From: Duganella sp.
GTDB lineage: Bacteria; Pseudomonadota; Gammaproteobacteria; Burkholderiales; Burkholderiaceae_D
Direction of reading: 5' to 3'
Assembly (NCBI RefSeq): GCF_039595735.1
Contig: NZ_JBCNLB010000009.1
Coordinates: 73,562-137,561 of the forward strand
DNA length: 64,000 nt
Made by a program: the position numbers and the translations under genes. Below, one piece after another: positions 1 through 8,780 of the stretch (positions within the stretch are counted from its first letter, which is position 1; the number at the start of each line of letters is the position of its first letter). The notes beneath the pieces were generated by a model. That model worked only from the letters and a program-made list of their open reading frames with translations, did not search any database and was not told where the DNA came from.

Positions 1-268
1 CGGCGGCGCTGCCATCCCGCCAGTGCAGCCCGATGATCACCGGATAGGTCTTGTTGCGGTCATACGCGGCCGGCATCTCGATCCAGTAGCTGCGCTGGAT
101 ACCGCCGCTGGTGAGCGAATGCAAGCCGGTGCTCAGACCGGGAGCGCTGCCACAGCCCGCAGCGCTGGCCGCCGGCGGAGCGGCAGGCGCCGCAGTGCTG
201 GTGGCGCCGGTCCCTCCTCCGCAGGCGATAAGCGTGGCAAAAAGCAATGCGACCCATGCATGTCTCAT
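1..268 (-). CDS. Secreted CE1/PHB-depolymerase-type esterase lipoprotein (feruloyl esterase FaeC-like), 3' end runs off the window
   Basis: Not in the ORF track. Manual translation: MRHAWVALLFATLIACGGGTGATSTAAPAAPPAASAAGCGSAPGLSTGLHSLTSGGIQRSYWIEMPAAYDRNKTYPVIIGLHWRDGSAA. Has a lipobox (LIAC), an Ala/Pro linker, and AGCG...R.Y....P..YD....YPVIIGLHW, typical of the CE1 esterase N-terminus. Confidence 0.65.
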   Translation of the reverse strand, partial: MRHAWVALLFATLIACGGGTGATSTAAPAAPPAASAAGCGSAPGLSTGLHSLTSGGIQRSYWIEMPAAYDRNKTYPVIIGLHWRDGSAA

Positions 269-480
269 ATTGTCTCCTCGGTTTTTTAACCTGATTCTAA
301 TTACCGAGATCACAACTGTGACTTACGTTTTTTGCCAATGACGGACATATTTTTTGAATACCAACGCCGAGCGTCAGGATCACGTACCCATATTGCCGGG
401 AACCGTTTCGATAGCAAAATGCAATCATCGGCATTTTTCTATTGCTTTACTATCCTTTCAATATTGAGTTGGGGCCGCGA

Positions 481-741
481 ATGACGCATATCGTCCAAGA
501 AATTTATCGAGGCTGGGAAATCACCATTCAATGTACCAGTGTGCAATCCAGCCCCTCACGCCCGCCGAACTACACGGCCGTAGCAAGCGCCGAGCTTCTG
601 CCGCATGAAAATCCGGCGGATTGGGTCGATTCGCGCATGCAGGTCTTGAACACCAGCGGCAGGCCCTTCGCCAGTGGAAACGCGTGCACTGCGGCCTTGC
701 TGTTTGAAGCCCGGCAGTTGATCGACGCCTTGAAGAAATAG
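481..741 (+). CDS. Small hypothetical protein
   Basis: Open frame from ATG 481 (MTHIVQEIYRGWEITI...), convergent with the LuxR-type gene; no recognisable motif. Confidence 0.55.
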   Translation: MTHIVQEIYRGWEITIQCTSVQSSPSRPPNYTAVASAELLPHENPADWVDSRMQVLNTSGRPFASGNACTAALLFEARQLIDALKK

Positions 742-767
742 GCCGCCCGCCGCCTGCCGGCAGCGGA

Positions 768-1364
768 TCAGGCCACCATGCCGCGCTGGGTGGCCAGCAC
801 CACCGCATGGGTCCTGGCCGTGGCGCCGAGTTTGTTGAACAGTGATTTGACGTGCGTTTTCACCGTGCCAACGCCAATGTCGAGCTTGGTCGCGATCCGC
901 TTGTTGCAGTAGCCCATGGCCAGCAGTTCCAACACCTCACTTTCGCGCGATGTCAGGTTGCCGCTGGCCATGTGCTGCATGGCGCGCTCCAGCAATTCCG
1001 GATTGAAGTAACACTGGCCGCGGCCCAGCGCCTGCACCGCCGTCAGCAGCTCGCCTGCCGCGCAGCGCTGCGGCAGATAGCCGTGCACCCCGGCCGAAAT
1101 CGCGGTGCGAATCTCCCATTCGCGCTCGCGCTGGCTGATGATCATCAGCCGTCTGGCGTGCTGTGTGCCCTGCTCCAGCCGCGCCAAAGCGTCCGCGTAG
1201 TCGGTGACGATCACGTCGGCCCCGTACGCCGCCGCCAGCCGCACCTGCGGCCAGGAGGCCAGCAGCGCGCTGATGCCGGCGTTGACTATCGGTTCTGCGT
1301 GACAGACATGCACCGAGATGGCGGGTGCTGGCGCGGCTTCAGGCGTATTGAAGTCCGTTTGCAT
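768..1364 (-). CDS. NarL/LuxR-family response regulator with atypical receiver
   Basis: C-terminal LuxR HTH (LTSRESEVLELLAMGYCNKRIATKLDIGVGTVKTHV). The receiver lacks the acidic DD pocket and the conserved Lys (GYLPQ). Confidence 0.88.
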   Translation of the reverse strand: MQTDFNTPEAAPAPAISVHVCHAEPIVNAGISALLASWPQVRLAAAYGADVIVTDYADALARLEQGTQHARRLMIISQREREWEIRTAISAGVHGYLPQRCAAGELLTAVQALGRGQCYFNPELLERAMQHMASGNLTSRESEVLELLAMGYCNKRIATKLDIGVGTVKTHVKSLFNKLGATARTHAVVLATQRGMVA

Positions 1365-1385
1365 GGATCGGATCAAATCAGGCGG

Positions 1386-2357
1386 TTAATAGTCCCAGAT
1401 CACCGGCACCCAGCGGAAGGCGTCGCCGTCGACGGCCACCCGGCTGACGGAGGGGAACGGCAAGTGGGCAGCCACCAGCAGCCCGCCGTTCCGCGCCAGT
1501 TCCTGGAACAGGCCGACACGCACACGGGCCGACTCCGCGGGATCGTGTTCGAAGCCGTTCTGCCACTCCGGGTGCTCGAATCCGACCGGGAACATGGCGT
1601 CGCCGGCGAACATCAGCCGCTCACCGTCGGATTCCAGATCAACCACGCTGTGGCCGGGTGTGTGGCCGCCGGTGAGACGCACGACCACGCCCGGCGCGAC
1701 TTCATGCCGGTCATCGAACAGGCGAATCCGGTCGCGGTATTCCTCATAGAAGCTGGCGGCGGTCGAGCGCAGCACGTCCGGCACTGGCTTGGGCATCGCC
1801 GTGTGGGAGAAGTCCGGCGCGGTCCAGAACTTGACCTCAGCGGCGGCGACGTGGATGCGCACGTCCGGACGCAGCCGTTTTTTCACCTCATTGACCAGCA
1901 GCCCGCCAACGTGGTCCATGTGCATATGGGTAATGATCACGTCGGTCACCGCCTCCAGGCCGATGCCGGCGGCCTGCAGGCGCTGGGGGAATTGCCCGGC
2001 ACGCGGGAAGCCAGCGAACTGTCCGCCCAGCCCGGCATCGACCAGGATGACCTGCTCGCCGCTGCGCACCACCATCACGTTCAGCGGCCAGTCGAAGGTG
2101 TCTTGCGGTATGAAATTATCGTCGAGCCAGGTCGCCAGGTCGGCCTGCGCGACATTGGTGGCCATCGTCGCGGTGGGCAGCGGCAGCACGCCGTCGCTGA
2201 TCACCAGCACGTCCAGCTTGCCGAGCCGTAGCGCGTAGCGTGACGGCACCAATTCCTGTGGCGCGTTGACCAGGCCCATGTCGGTATGCGTATCGCGCTT
2301 GATCGGGCTCCTGCTTGTTTGTGCTTGCATATTGTTGACCATTTGCTTCATGTTCAT
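1386..2357 (-). CDS. MBL-fold metallo-hydrolase (methyl-parathion-hydrolase-like)
   Basis: THMHMDH (HxHxDH), GHTPGH, AGD and terminal AAHLPFP motifs; start codon uncertain. Confidence 0.9.
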   Translation of the reverse strand: MNMKQMVNNMQAQTSRSPIKRDTHTDMGLVNAPQELVPSRYALRLGKLDVLVISDGVLPLPTATMATNVAQADLATWLDDNFIPQDTFDWPLNVMVVRSGEQVILVDAGLGGQFAGFPRAGQFPQRLQAAGIGLEAVTDVIITHMHMDHVGGLLVNEVKKRLRPDVRIHVAAAEVKFWTAPDFSHTAMPKPVPDVLRSTAASFYEEYRDRIRLFDDRHEVAPGVVVRLTGGHTPGHSVVDLESDGERLMFAGDAMFPVGFEHPEWQNGFEHDPAESARVRVGLFQELARNGGLLVAAHLPFPSVSRVAVDGDAFRWVPVIWDY

Positions 2358-2384
2358 CTCCTGTTGCAGGTTGCGGTGACAGGT

Positions 2385-3590
2385 TCAGAGATCGGTGACC
2401 CGTTCCGGATCGGCCGACGCCAGCGCGGCGGCGCGTTCGGCCTTCGGCGGATAAATCCAGACGGTATTGATCTCGTGCTTGGTTTTCTTGGCGACCTCAC
2501 CGACCATCTCCACCTTGCGTTCCCAGCCGCGCGTGAACAGCGCGCCGGCTTCGCCAAGGTCCAGGCAGGTGACGTAAGCCTTCTGGTGGTAGGGCCGGGT
2601 CGGCAGGTCAAGCAGTTCAGCCGCGGCGTTGTGACCGGCAAACGCGCCCATCCGGGTGGCGTGCTGGCAGGACATCAAGGCGTAGTTGCCGTCGTCATCG
2701 CAGGCGGCGCGGGCGGCGTCGCCGGTGGCAAACACGCCCTGAACGGCCGGCACGCGCAGCTCGCGATCGACCAGCAGCCGGCCAGAATTGTCGCGCTCGG
2801 CGGAGATCTGTTCGGTCAGCGGCGCGGCGCGGATGCCCGCCGCCCATATGACGGTCTCGGTCCCGATCAACTCGCCGCTGGACAAGGTGATGCCAGACTC
2901 GTCGAGCGAGGCCACGCCGACGCCAAGGCGGGTCTCCACGCCGAGCTGGCGCAGCGCGTCCTCAATGACGGGGCGGGAATCCAGGCCCATGTCGGGCGCG
3001 ATCACGTTGTTGCGGTCGACGATGATGACGCGGGTCCCGGCATCGTTGCCGAGAATCGCACGCAGCCGCGCCGGCATTTCCGTCGCCGCCTCGATGCCGG
3101 TGAAACCGCCGCCCACCACCACCACCGTGTTGCGCCCGTCCGTGGCTGGCCGCCCGGCCAGGCCATGCAGGTGCCGGTCGAGGGCGACCGCGTCGTCGAG
3201 CGAATCGACGCTGAAGCCGTGCGCGGCAAGGCCGGGGATATTCGGACGGAACAGCCGGCTGCCGGAGGCCAGCACCAGGCGGTCGTAGGAGAGCGGCTTG
3301 CGCACGCCGTCAGCAGCCGCGATGCCCACCGTGCGCGCGCTGGCGTCGACCGCCTCGGCGCTGCCTTGCACATACACGACATCGATCGCATGGAACAGCT
3401 CCAGCAGCGGTGCCGTGAGGGTTTCAGGATGCGGTTCGTAGAGCCGCGGCCGCACCACCAGCGTCGGTTGTGGCGCCACCAGCGCGATCTCCAGCTGTTC
3501 CGGTGACACGCCCTGGATGTCGCGCAGACGGGCTGCGGAAAGCGCGGCGTACATGCCGGCGAAGCCGGCGCCTATGATGACGAGTCGCAT
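2385..3590 (-). CDS. NAD(P)/FAD-dependent oxidoreductase (NDH-2-like)
   Basis: Two Rossmann motifs (IIGAGFAG and VVGGGFTGIE) plus FATGD. Confidence 0.9.
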   Translation of the reverse strand: MRLVIIGAGFAGMYAALSAARLRDIQGVSPEQLEIALVAPQPTLVVRPRLYEPHPETLTAPLLELFHAIDVVYVQGSAEAVDASARTVGIAAADGVRKPLSYDRLVLASGSRLFRPNIPGLAAHGFSVDSLDDAVALDRHLHGLAGRPATDGRNTVVVVGGGFTGIEAATEMPARLRAILGNDAGTRVIIVDRNNVIAPDMGLDSRPVIEDALRQLGVETRLGVGVASLDESGITLSSGELIGTETVIWAAGIRAAPLTEQISAERDNSGRLLVDRELRVPAVQGVFATGDAARAACDDDGNYALMSCQHATRMGAFAGHNAAAELLDLPTRPYHQKAYVTCLDLGEAGALFTRGWERKVEMVGEVAKKTKHEINTVWIYPPKAERAAALASADPERVTDL

Positions 3591-3686
3591 GTGAGTTACT
3601 CCTTCTGTTGTGGAAACAGCCATACTGTAGCCAGCCGCGCCGGTGAGCGTTCCAGCGCGATTGATGTGATTGCAGCGCGATTGCTG

Positions 3687-4532
3687 CTAACGCGCGCGCC
3701 GCCGCCAATCGCTCGGGGTTTCGCCGGTAAGCTTGCGGAATCCGGCGGCGAAAGCGGTCTGGGAGCCATAACCCAGCGCCGCCGCCACCGCCATGACGGA
3801 GGCGTCGGTGTCGCGCAGCATGGTCATGGCTTGCTCAAGCCGGTACTGGCGCAGCCAGGCACGCGGCGCCAGCCCGGTGCTTTCCTTGAAGGCCCGGCAG
3901 AAATGAAACCGCGACAAGCCAGCTTCCGCCGCCAGCGCCGCCAGCGACAGGTCGGCGTCGCTGTCCGAGCGCAGGCGTTCGATCGCGCGCTGCAGGGTCT
4001 TCGGCGCCAGCCCGCCCCTGACCGGCTGCACCGCAGCCGGTGCGCCGATGTGCGCGGCCAGCAGGCGCGTGGCCAGCAGATCCATCAATTGCTGCCTGAA
4101 CAGCGTATCCAGTGCCTCATTGCCCTCAACAAAATCGGCCGCGCTCAAGAGCAGGCGGGCTGTGATGGGATCGGGGTGTGCCGTGCGCGCCAGCAATTCG
4201 ACCGGTGCGGCAATCCCGGCCTCAGCAGCGATACGCGCGAGCGATGCCTGAGGCAGATAGAGTTGGACGACATCGACAGGTTTCGGGATATCCCAGCGCG
4301 AGCTGGAGCCTTCCGGGATGGTGATCACCACGCCGGGTCGCAAGGTTCCAATCGCCGTCGCTGTTCCCGTGCGCCGTTGCATGCGCTGCACGATGCCGCT
4401 GTAAGCCATGATGACGTGGTGGGTCATGGGGCCGACGAGATCATGCAAGGGATCATGTTTCCAGTGGGCGATGCCGGCGCCGGAATGGTCCAGGGTCATG
4501 CGGACAGGCGTGGTTCCGAGTACCCGGGCCAT
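3687..4532 (-). CDS. AraC-family transcriptional regulator
   Basis: C-terminal double HTH (LSLAALAAEAGLSRFHFCRAFKESTG...LGYGSQTAFAAGFRKLTGETPS). Confidence 0.92.
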   Translation of the reverse strand: MARVLGTTPVRMTLDHSGAGIAHWKHDPLHDLVGPMTHHVIMAYSGIVQRMQRRTGTATAIGTLRPGVVITIPEGSSSRWDIPKPVDVVQLYLPQASLARIAAEAGIAAPVELLARTAHPDPITARLLLSAADFVEGNEALDTLFRQQLMDLLATRLLAAHIGAPAAVQPVRGGLAPKTLQRAIERLRSDSDADLSLAALAAEAGLSRFHFCRAFKESTGLAPRAWLRQYRLEQAMTMLRDTDASVMAVAAALGYGSQTAFAAGFRKLTGETPSDWRRRAR

Positions 4533-4700
4533 CTCCTCGTCGGCGCGCCGGGCTTCGGGTGCGGCCGGTGTGGCCGGAATGATCGCGCGAGATCGGTGCT
4601 GTGGTCATGCTGCGTGTCTTTCAGTGGAATTATGCGCTGTAAGACGGCGGACCCGAGCGGTTTGTGACTAATTGCTGAAAGTCTGGCGCCAAGCGCTAAA

Positions 4701-5924
4701 ATGAGCGCTGTTTTTAACGATGCAAAACTGATGAACCACGAAAAATACGGCGCCCGGCGCCCTTTCCGCTACGCGATGGCAGCGCTCGTGCTCGCGCTCA
4801 CTGCCAATATTTCCGCCGCCCAGGCACCCGGCTCGGCGGAGGCGCCGGCCCCGGCCTCGGAGGTCAAGCTCGATACGTTGACGGTGCAGCGCGGCGACCT
4901 GCAGCAAACCGTGGACGCCGTCGGCAAATTGCAATTCCACCGTTTTGCCGATGTGAATGCCCAAGTCGCCGGCCAGATAAAGGAAGTGCCCTTTGCGGTC
5001 GGGGACGCCGTGCGGGAAGGCCAACTGTTGCTCGAAATCTCGCCCCCGGTCCGCGCCAACCAGGCGGAAAGCAACCGTGCTCAAATGGCGCGGCTGCGGG
5101 CAGAACTGGCAGACCAGCAGGCCCAGACCGACTTTGCCGAGTTGCAGTTCAAACGCCAGACCCAGCTCAAGGCACAAAATGCCACCCGAGAAGAAAGCTA
5201 TGAATCAAGCCGCATGAATTTGTCCTCCGCCCGCGCCCGCCTCGATTCGATCAACGCGCAGATCCAGCAGATGGAGGCGACGCTGAAACTCGATGAGGAA
5301 AGCAGCCGGCCAAAGCAGCTGCTGGCGCCGCTGTCAGGCACCGTCGTGGCGCTGAACGCGCGTGCCGGACAAACGGTAAGCGTCGGCCAGGCGGGCGGGC
5401 CTTTGATGCGCATTGCTGACCTGTCGCAAATGACGGTCCAGGCCCGCGTGGCGGAGGTGGATGTCACGCGCCTGAAGCGCGGCATGACCGCCAACTTCCA
5501 CACGCCCGGCTATCCGGGCCGCACCTGGTCGGGCAAACTGCGCCAGGTGATTCCCGTCCCTGCCGAGGGCAGCGGCGAGCAAGGCAAGCAAACTTTTTAC
5601 AACGTCTTGTTCGAGGTCGACAATCCGGAACAGGAGCTCATGAGCGGCATGACCGCGCAGGTGCAGTTCATCGTCGCGCAGGTCAAGGATGCCGTGCTGC
5701 TGCCGGTCGATTTGCTGGGTCCGCGCGACGCGGCTGGGATGTACCAGGTCCAGGTGGTGAACCGCGACCAGCGCATCGTGGCGCGCAAGCTGAAAATCGG
5801 CGTGCGCACTGCACAACAGGTACAGGTGCTGTCCGGACTGGCAGCGGGCGAGCAAGTGCTGGCCGGTCCCGCGCCGGCGCTGGCGCCGCAACCCAAACCT
5901 GCAGTGCCGGCGGGCATGCCATGA
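4701..5924 (+). CDS. Efflux periplasmic adaptor (MacA/PvdR-like membrane fusion protein)
   Basis: VNAQVAGQIKEV...VGDAVREGQLL lipoyl half-motif, coiled-coil hairpin, APLSGTVV and ADLSQMTVQARVAEVDV; alternative start at 4731. Confidence 0.9.
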   Translation: MSAVFNDAKLMNHEKYGARRPFRYAMAALVLALTANISAAQAPGSAEAPAPASEVKLDTLTVQRGDLQQTVDAVGKLQFHRFADVNAQVAGQIKEVPFAVGDAVREGQLLLEISPPVRANQAESNRAQMARLRAELADQQAQTDFAELQFKRQTQLKAQNATREESYESSRMNLSSARARLDSINAQIQQMEATLKLDEESSRPKQLLAPLSGTVVALNARAGQTVSVGQAGGPLMRIADLSQMTVQARVAEVDVTRLKRGMTANFHTPGYPGRTWSGKLRQVIPVPAEGSGEQGKQTFYNVLFEVDNPEQELMSGMTAQVQFIVAQVKDAVLLPVDLLGPRDAAGMYQVQVVNRDQRIVARKLKIGVRTAQQVQVLSGLAAGEQVLAGPAPALAPQPKPAVPAGMP

Positions 5925-7336
5925 GCCTGCGTGTGTTGAGACCGTCGGGAACGCCGCATACAAGCATGCTGGCGCTGTGTGTCGCCGGCGCCTTGCTGGC
6001 CGGATGCACCCACGTCCGGCCTGTGGCGGAATCGGCGCCGGCAGTCGAATTGCCGGCCGCGTGGTCGCAGGCGGGGAAAACGGGTGCCCAGGAATGGCCG
6101 GACGCCCACTGGTGGCAACGCTTCGGCAGCGACGAGCTGAGCCAGCTGGTGCGCGAGGGCCAGGACAGCAACCTGGAACTGGCCGCCGCGCTGTCGCGGG
6201 TACGCCAGGCCGCGGCGCAAGCGCGGATTGCCGGCGTCTCGCTGCTGCCCTCGGTCGATGCTTCCGCTGGCGCCAGCCGTGATCTGCCGCTCGGCGGCAA
6301 CCGCAACGCCAATATTTCAACCAGTGGCGTGCTGCAGGTGTCTTACGAACTCGATTTTTGGGGCAAGAATGCGGCCAGCGCCGCTGCCGCCGAGGCCTCG
6401 CTCAGGGCCAATTTCTACGACCGTCAGACCGTGGCCCTCACCGTGACCAGCGGCATTGTGTCGACCTACCTGCAATTGTTATCCCTGCACGACCGCCTTG
6501 AGGTGGCGCGCGAAAACGCCAAAACCGCAGAGCACGTGTTGTCGCTGGTCGAGGCCCAGAGCAGCGTCGGCGCCGCCACCTCGGTCGACCTGGCGCGCCA
6601 GCGCTCCGCGGTCGCCAGCCAGCGTGCCGCCATCCCCGCCTTGCTGCAACAGGAGCGCGAGGCGCAGTCGGCGCTGGCCATCCTGCTCGGCCGGCCGCCG
6701 CAAACCTTCAAGATCAGCGATAGCGGACTCGACACGATCCACTTGCCCGAGGTGACGCCAGGCATGCCATCCGAGCTACTGTCGCGGCGCCCCGATATTC
6801 GCCGTTCGGAAGCAACCCTGGCGGCAGCCAGCGCGAACGTCGAAGCGGCACGCGCGGCCCTGTTTCCGAGCATACGGCTGACCGGCTCGACCGGGACGCA
6901 AAGCAGCGCCTTGCTGTCGCTGCTCAACGCCCAAAACCTGTTCGCCAACATCGGCGCCTCGCTGGTGGCGCCGATATTCGATGGCGGCCGCCTGCGGACC
7001 GAGCGCGACCTTGCCATTGAACAGAAACAGGAACTGGTGCAGACCTACCGCTCAACCGTGCTGGCGGCGCTGGCGGAAGTGGACACCGTGCTGGGCCAGA
7101 TCAACAGCCTGGACGAGCAGCGCCGCTTGAAAGAGGTGGAACTGGAACAGTCGCGTCTTGCGTTCAACCTGTCCGAGATCCGCTACAAGGCGGGGGCGGA
7201 AGACCTGATGACCGTGCTCGATACCCAACGCAGCCTGTCCGACGTGCAAAACGAGCTGGGGATACTCAAACTCAAACGCCTGCAAGCCACGGTATCGCTC
7301 TACAAGGCCCTCGGCGGCGGCTGGCAGGCTGGCTAA
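5921..7336 (+). CDS. Outer membrane efflux factor lipoprotein (NodT/OprM/OpmQ family)
   Basis: Lipobox LLAGC; WWQRFGSDELSQLV, SYELDFWG and PSELLSRRPDIR motifs; ATGA overlap with the adaptor stop codon. Confidence 0.93.
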   Translation: MSLRVLRPSGTPHTSMLALCVAGALLAGCTHVRPVAESAPAVELPAAWSQAGKTGAQEWPDAHWWQRFGSDELSQLVREGQDSNLELAAALSRVRQAAAQARIAGVSLLPSVDASAGASRDLPLGGNRNANISTSGVLQVSYELDFWGKNAASAAAAEASLRANFYDRQTVALTVTSGIVSTYLQLLSLHDRLEVARENAKTAEHVLSLVEAQSSVGAATSVDLARQRSAVASQRAAIPALLQQEREAQSALAILLGRPPQTFKISDSGLDTIHLPEVTPGMPSELLSRRPDIRRSEATLAAASANVEAARAALFPSIRLTGSTGTQSSALLSLLNAQNLFANIGASLVAPIFDGGRLRTERDLAIEQKQELVQTYRSTVLAALAEVDTVLGQINSLDEQRRLKEVELEQSRLAFNLSEIRYKAGAEDLMTVLDTQRSLSDVQNELGILKLKRLQATVSLYKALGGGWQAG

Positions 7337-7373
7337 GTTCGATGCCTCCTTCATCGGGACTCACGCGGTCATG

Positions 7374-7801
7374 GAGCCTGTAAGAATTTCTGTGTGAAAC
7401 GGGGTCATGAAATCTTGCTGGCCAGCTCAAGAAGATGCTGGCCGAGCCCATGCTGGCGGCCGAATTGACGCATCACCTGGCGAACGAAGAGGAAGCCAGC
7501 AAGAATCACCGAAATGGCACCAGCCCCAGGCACCGAAGCGTTGCCGATGTTGAATCTCGACCATCACCGACGAGGTGATCGAGGAAGTCACCCAATGGCA
7601 GCAGCGTGCGCTGGAAGCGATGTACCCCATCGTCTGCTTTGACGCGCTACGCCTGAAGATTGGCGACGAAGGCACAGTCAAAAACAAAGCGGTGTATCTG
7701 GCGCTGGGTATCCGCGCCGATGGCCGCAAGGAAGTGCTGGGCCTTTGGATCTTTCTGCAGCTCCGCATTGCCGGTTTGCCCACAGAAATAGCGTAACTAG
7801 C
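7374..7801 (+). mobile_element. Internally deleted IS256-family remnant
   Basis: Two separated transposase fragments: LAGQLKKMLAEPMLAAELTHHL...NHRNG and ISTITDEVIEEVTQWQQRALEAMYPIVCFDALRLKI...KNKAVYLALGIRADGRKEVLGLWI. The end-like sequence GAGCCTGTAAGAATTTCTGTGT at 7374 has a partial inverse copy, CACAGAAAT, at 7781-7789. Confidence 0.85.
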
Positions 7802-7895
7802 TTTATTATCTTGGCTTCGACAAGCTTGACTCACCTCGCCCTTCGCTCATCGCCAACCATAAGCTTGCCATCCACAAAATTTGCGATATATTTGC

Positions 7896-7919
7896 ACATG
7901 TACGACTTATCGTACATGT
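7896..7919. promoter_or_regulatory. Perfect inverted repeat, candidate YefM operator
   Basis: ACATGTACGA-CTTA-TCGTACATGT, containing TGTAC/GTACA half-sites similar to known yefM operators. Confidence 0.6.
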
Positions 7920-7940
7920 TATTGCCGTTCGAATTTCTCG

Positions 7941-8026
7941 CTGATACTGACGACTATTACTGATACTGGCGACTACTGCTGACACCGACCACGACGACCG
8001 ACACTGACGACGACGACTGACACTGA
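7941..8026 (+). repeat. Imperfect 19-bp tandem repeat, about 4.5 copies
   Basis: CTGATACTGACGACTATTA / CTGATACTGGCGACTACTG / CTGACACCGACCACGACGA / CCGACACTGACGACGACGA / CTGACACTGA. Confidence 0.8.
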
Positions 8027-8052
8027 TAAGTATTGAATGAACGGAGTAACAA

Positions 8053-8352
8053 ATGAGAATCATCAACTTTTCCGATGCTCGCAACAACCTTCGAGCTGTT
8101 ATCGACCAGGTGGTTGAGGATGCTGACGTAACCATTATCTCGCGTAGAGACGCGCCAGATGCAGTAGTCATGTCCTTCGATCATTACAGCAGCCTCATGG
8201 AAACTGTGCATCTGCTGAGTTCTCCAACTAATGCGGCTCACCTTGCCAAATCCATCGCTCAGGCGCGTTCTGACCAAGCGAAACATCGGGAATTAATCAA
8301 CATTTCCGACGCAGAGGGACCGCAACATGCGCAACTTGAAGTTCACGGATGA
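8053..8352 (+). CDS. yefM: Phd/YefM antitoxin
   Basis: MRIINFSDARNNLRAVIDQV...VVMSFDHYSSLMETVHLLSSPTNAAHL matches the YefM family. Confidence 0.93.
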   Translation: MRIINFSDARNNLRAVIDQVVEDADVTIISRRDAPDAVVMSFDHYSSLMETVHLLSSPTNAAHLAKSIAQARSDQAKHRELINISDAEGPQHAQLEVHG

Positions 8353-8584
8353 GGCTTGGGAAAGCTACTTCTACTGGCAAACGCAAGATAGGAAAACGCT
8401 TAAACGCATTAACGATCTGATCCAAGCCACACTCAGAAATCCTTTTGTTGGTGTTGGTAAACCTGAGGCATTGAAACACAGTCTTAGTGGCTGCTGGTCG
8501 AGGAGAATTGACGAAACCAACCGTCTAGTCTACGAAGTGCATGATGAGGAATTAATCATCATTTCGTGCCGCCACCACTATTGA
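8327..8584 (+). CDS. yoeB: Txe/YoeB toxin
   Basis: FTDEAWESYFYWQTQDRKTLKRINDLI...GVGKPEALKHSLSGCWSRRIDETNRLVY; overlaps the antitoxin 3' end. Confidence 0.95.
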   Translation: MRNLKFTDEAWESYFYWQTQDRKTLKRINDLIQATLRNPFVGVGKPEALKHSLSGCWSRRIDETNRLVYEVHDEELIIISCRHHY

Positions 8585-8585
8585 A

Positions 8586-8613
8586 AAGAAGGGGAGCTAG
8601 CGCTCCCCTTCTT
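8586..8613 (+). terminator. Hairpin after yoeB
   Basis: AAGAAGGGGAGC-TAGC-GCTCCCCTTCTT. Confidence 0.75.
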
Positions 8614-8780
8614 TCATGGCCTGGAAATTCGATCCTGAATCTCCCAAAGGTGGCATCGATCTTCACATGGTCTCGACCGCCGATCATGGCATCGTCACGA
8701 GATCATACCATTAAGAATGCCATGAAAAAACATTGCTTACCCGTGCTAATCGTTGCCAGATAGTGCAAGCCAAAATAACA

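Noticed and set aside
7941-8026. CRISPR array or type III TA antitoxin
   Set aside because: The units abut with no spacers, are only 19 bp and are degenerate. No cas genes or ToxN/AbiQ-like toxin is present.
8616-8714. 32-aa ORF MAWKFDPESPKGGIDLHMVSTADHGIVTRSYH
   Set aside because: It starts right at the yoeB terminator, with no SD and no recognisable motif.
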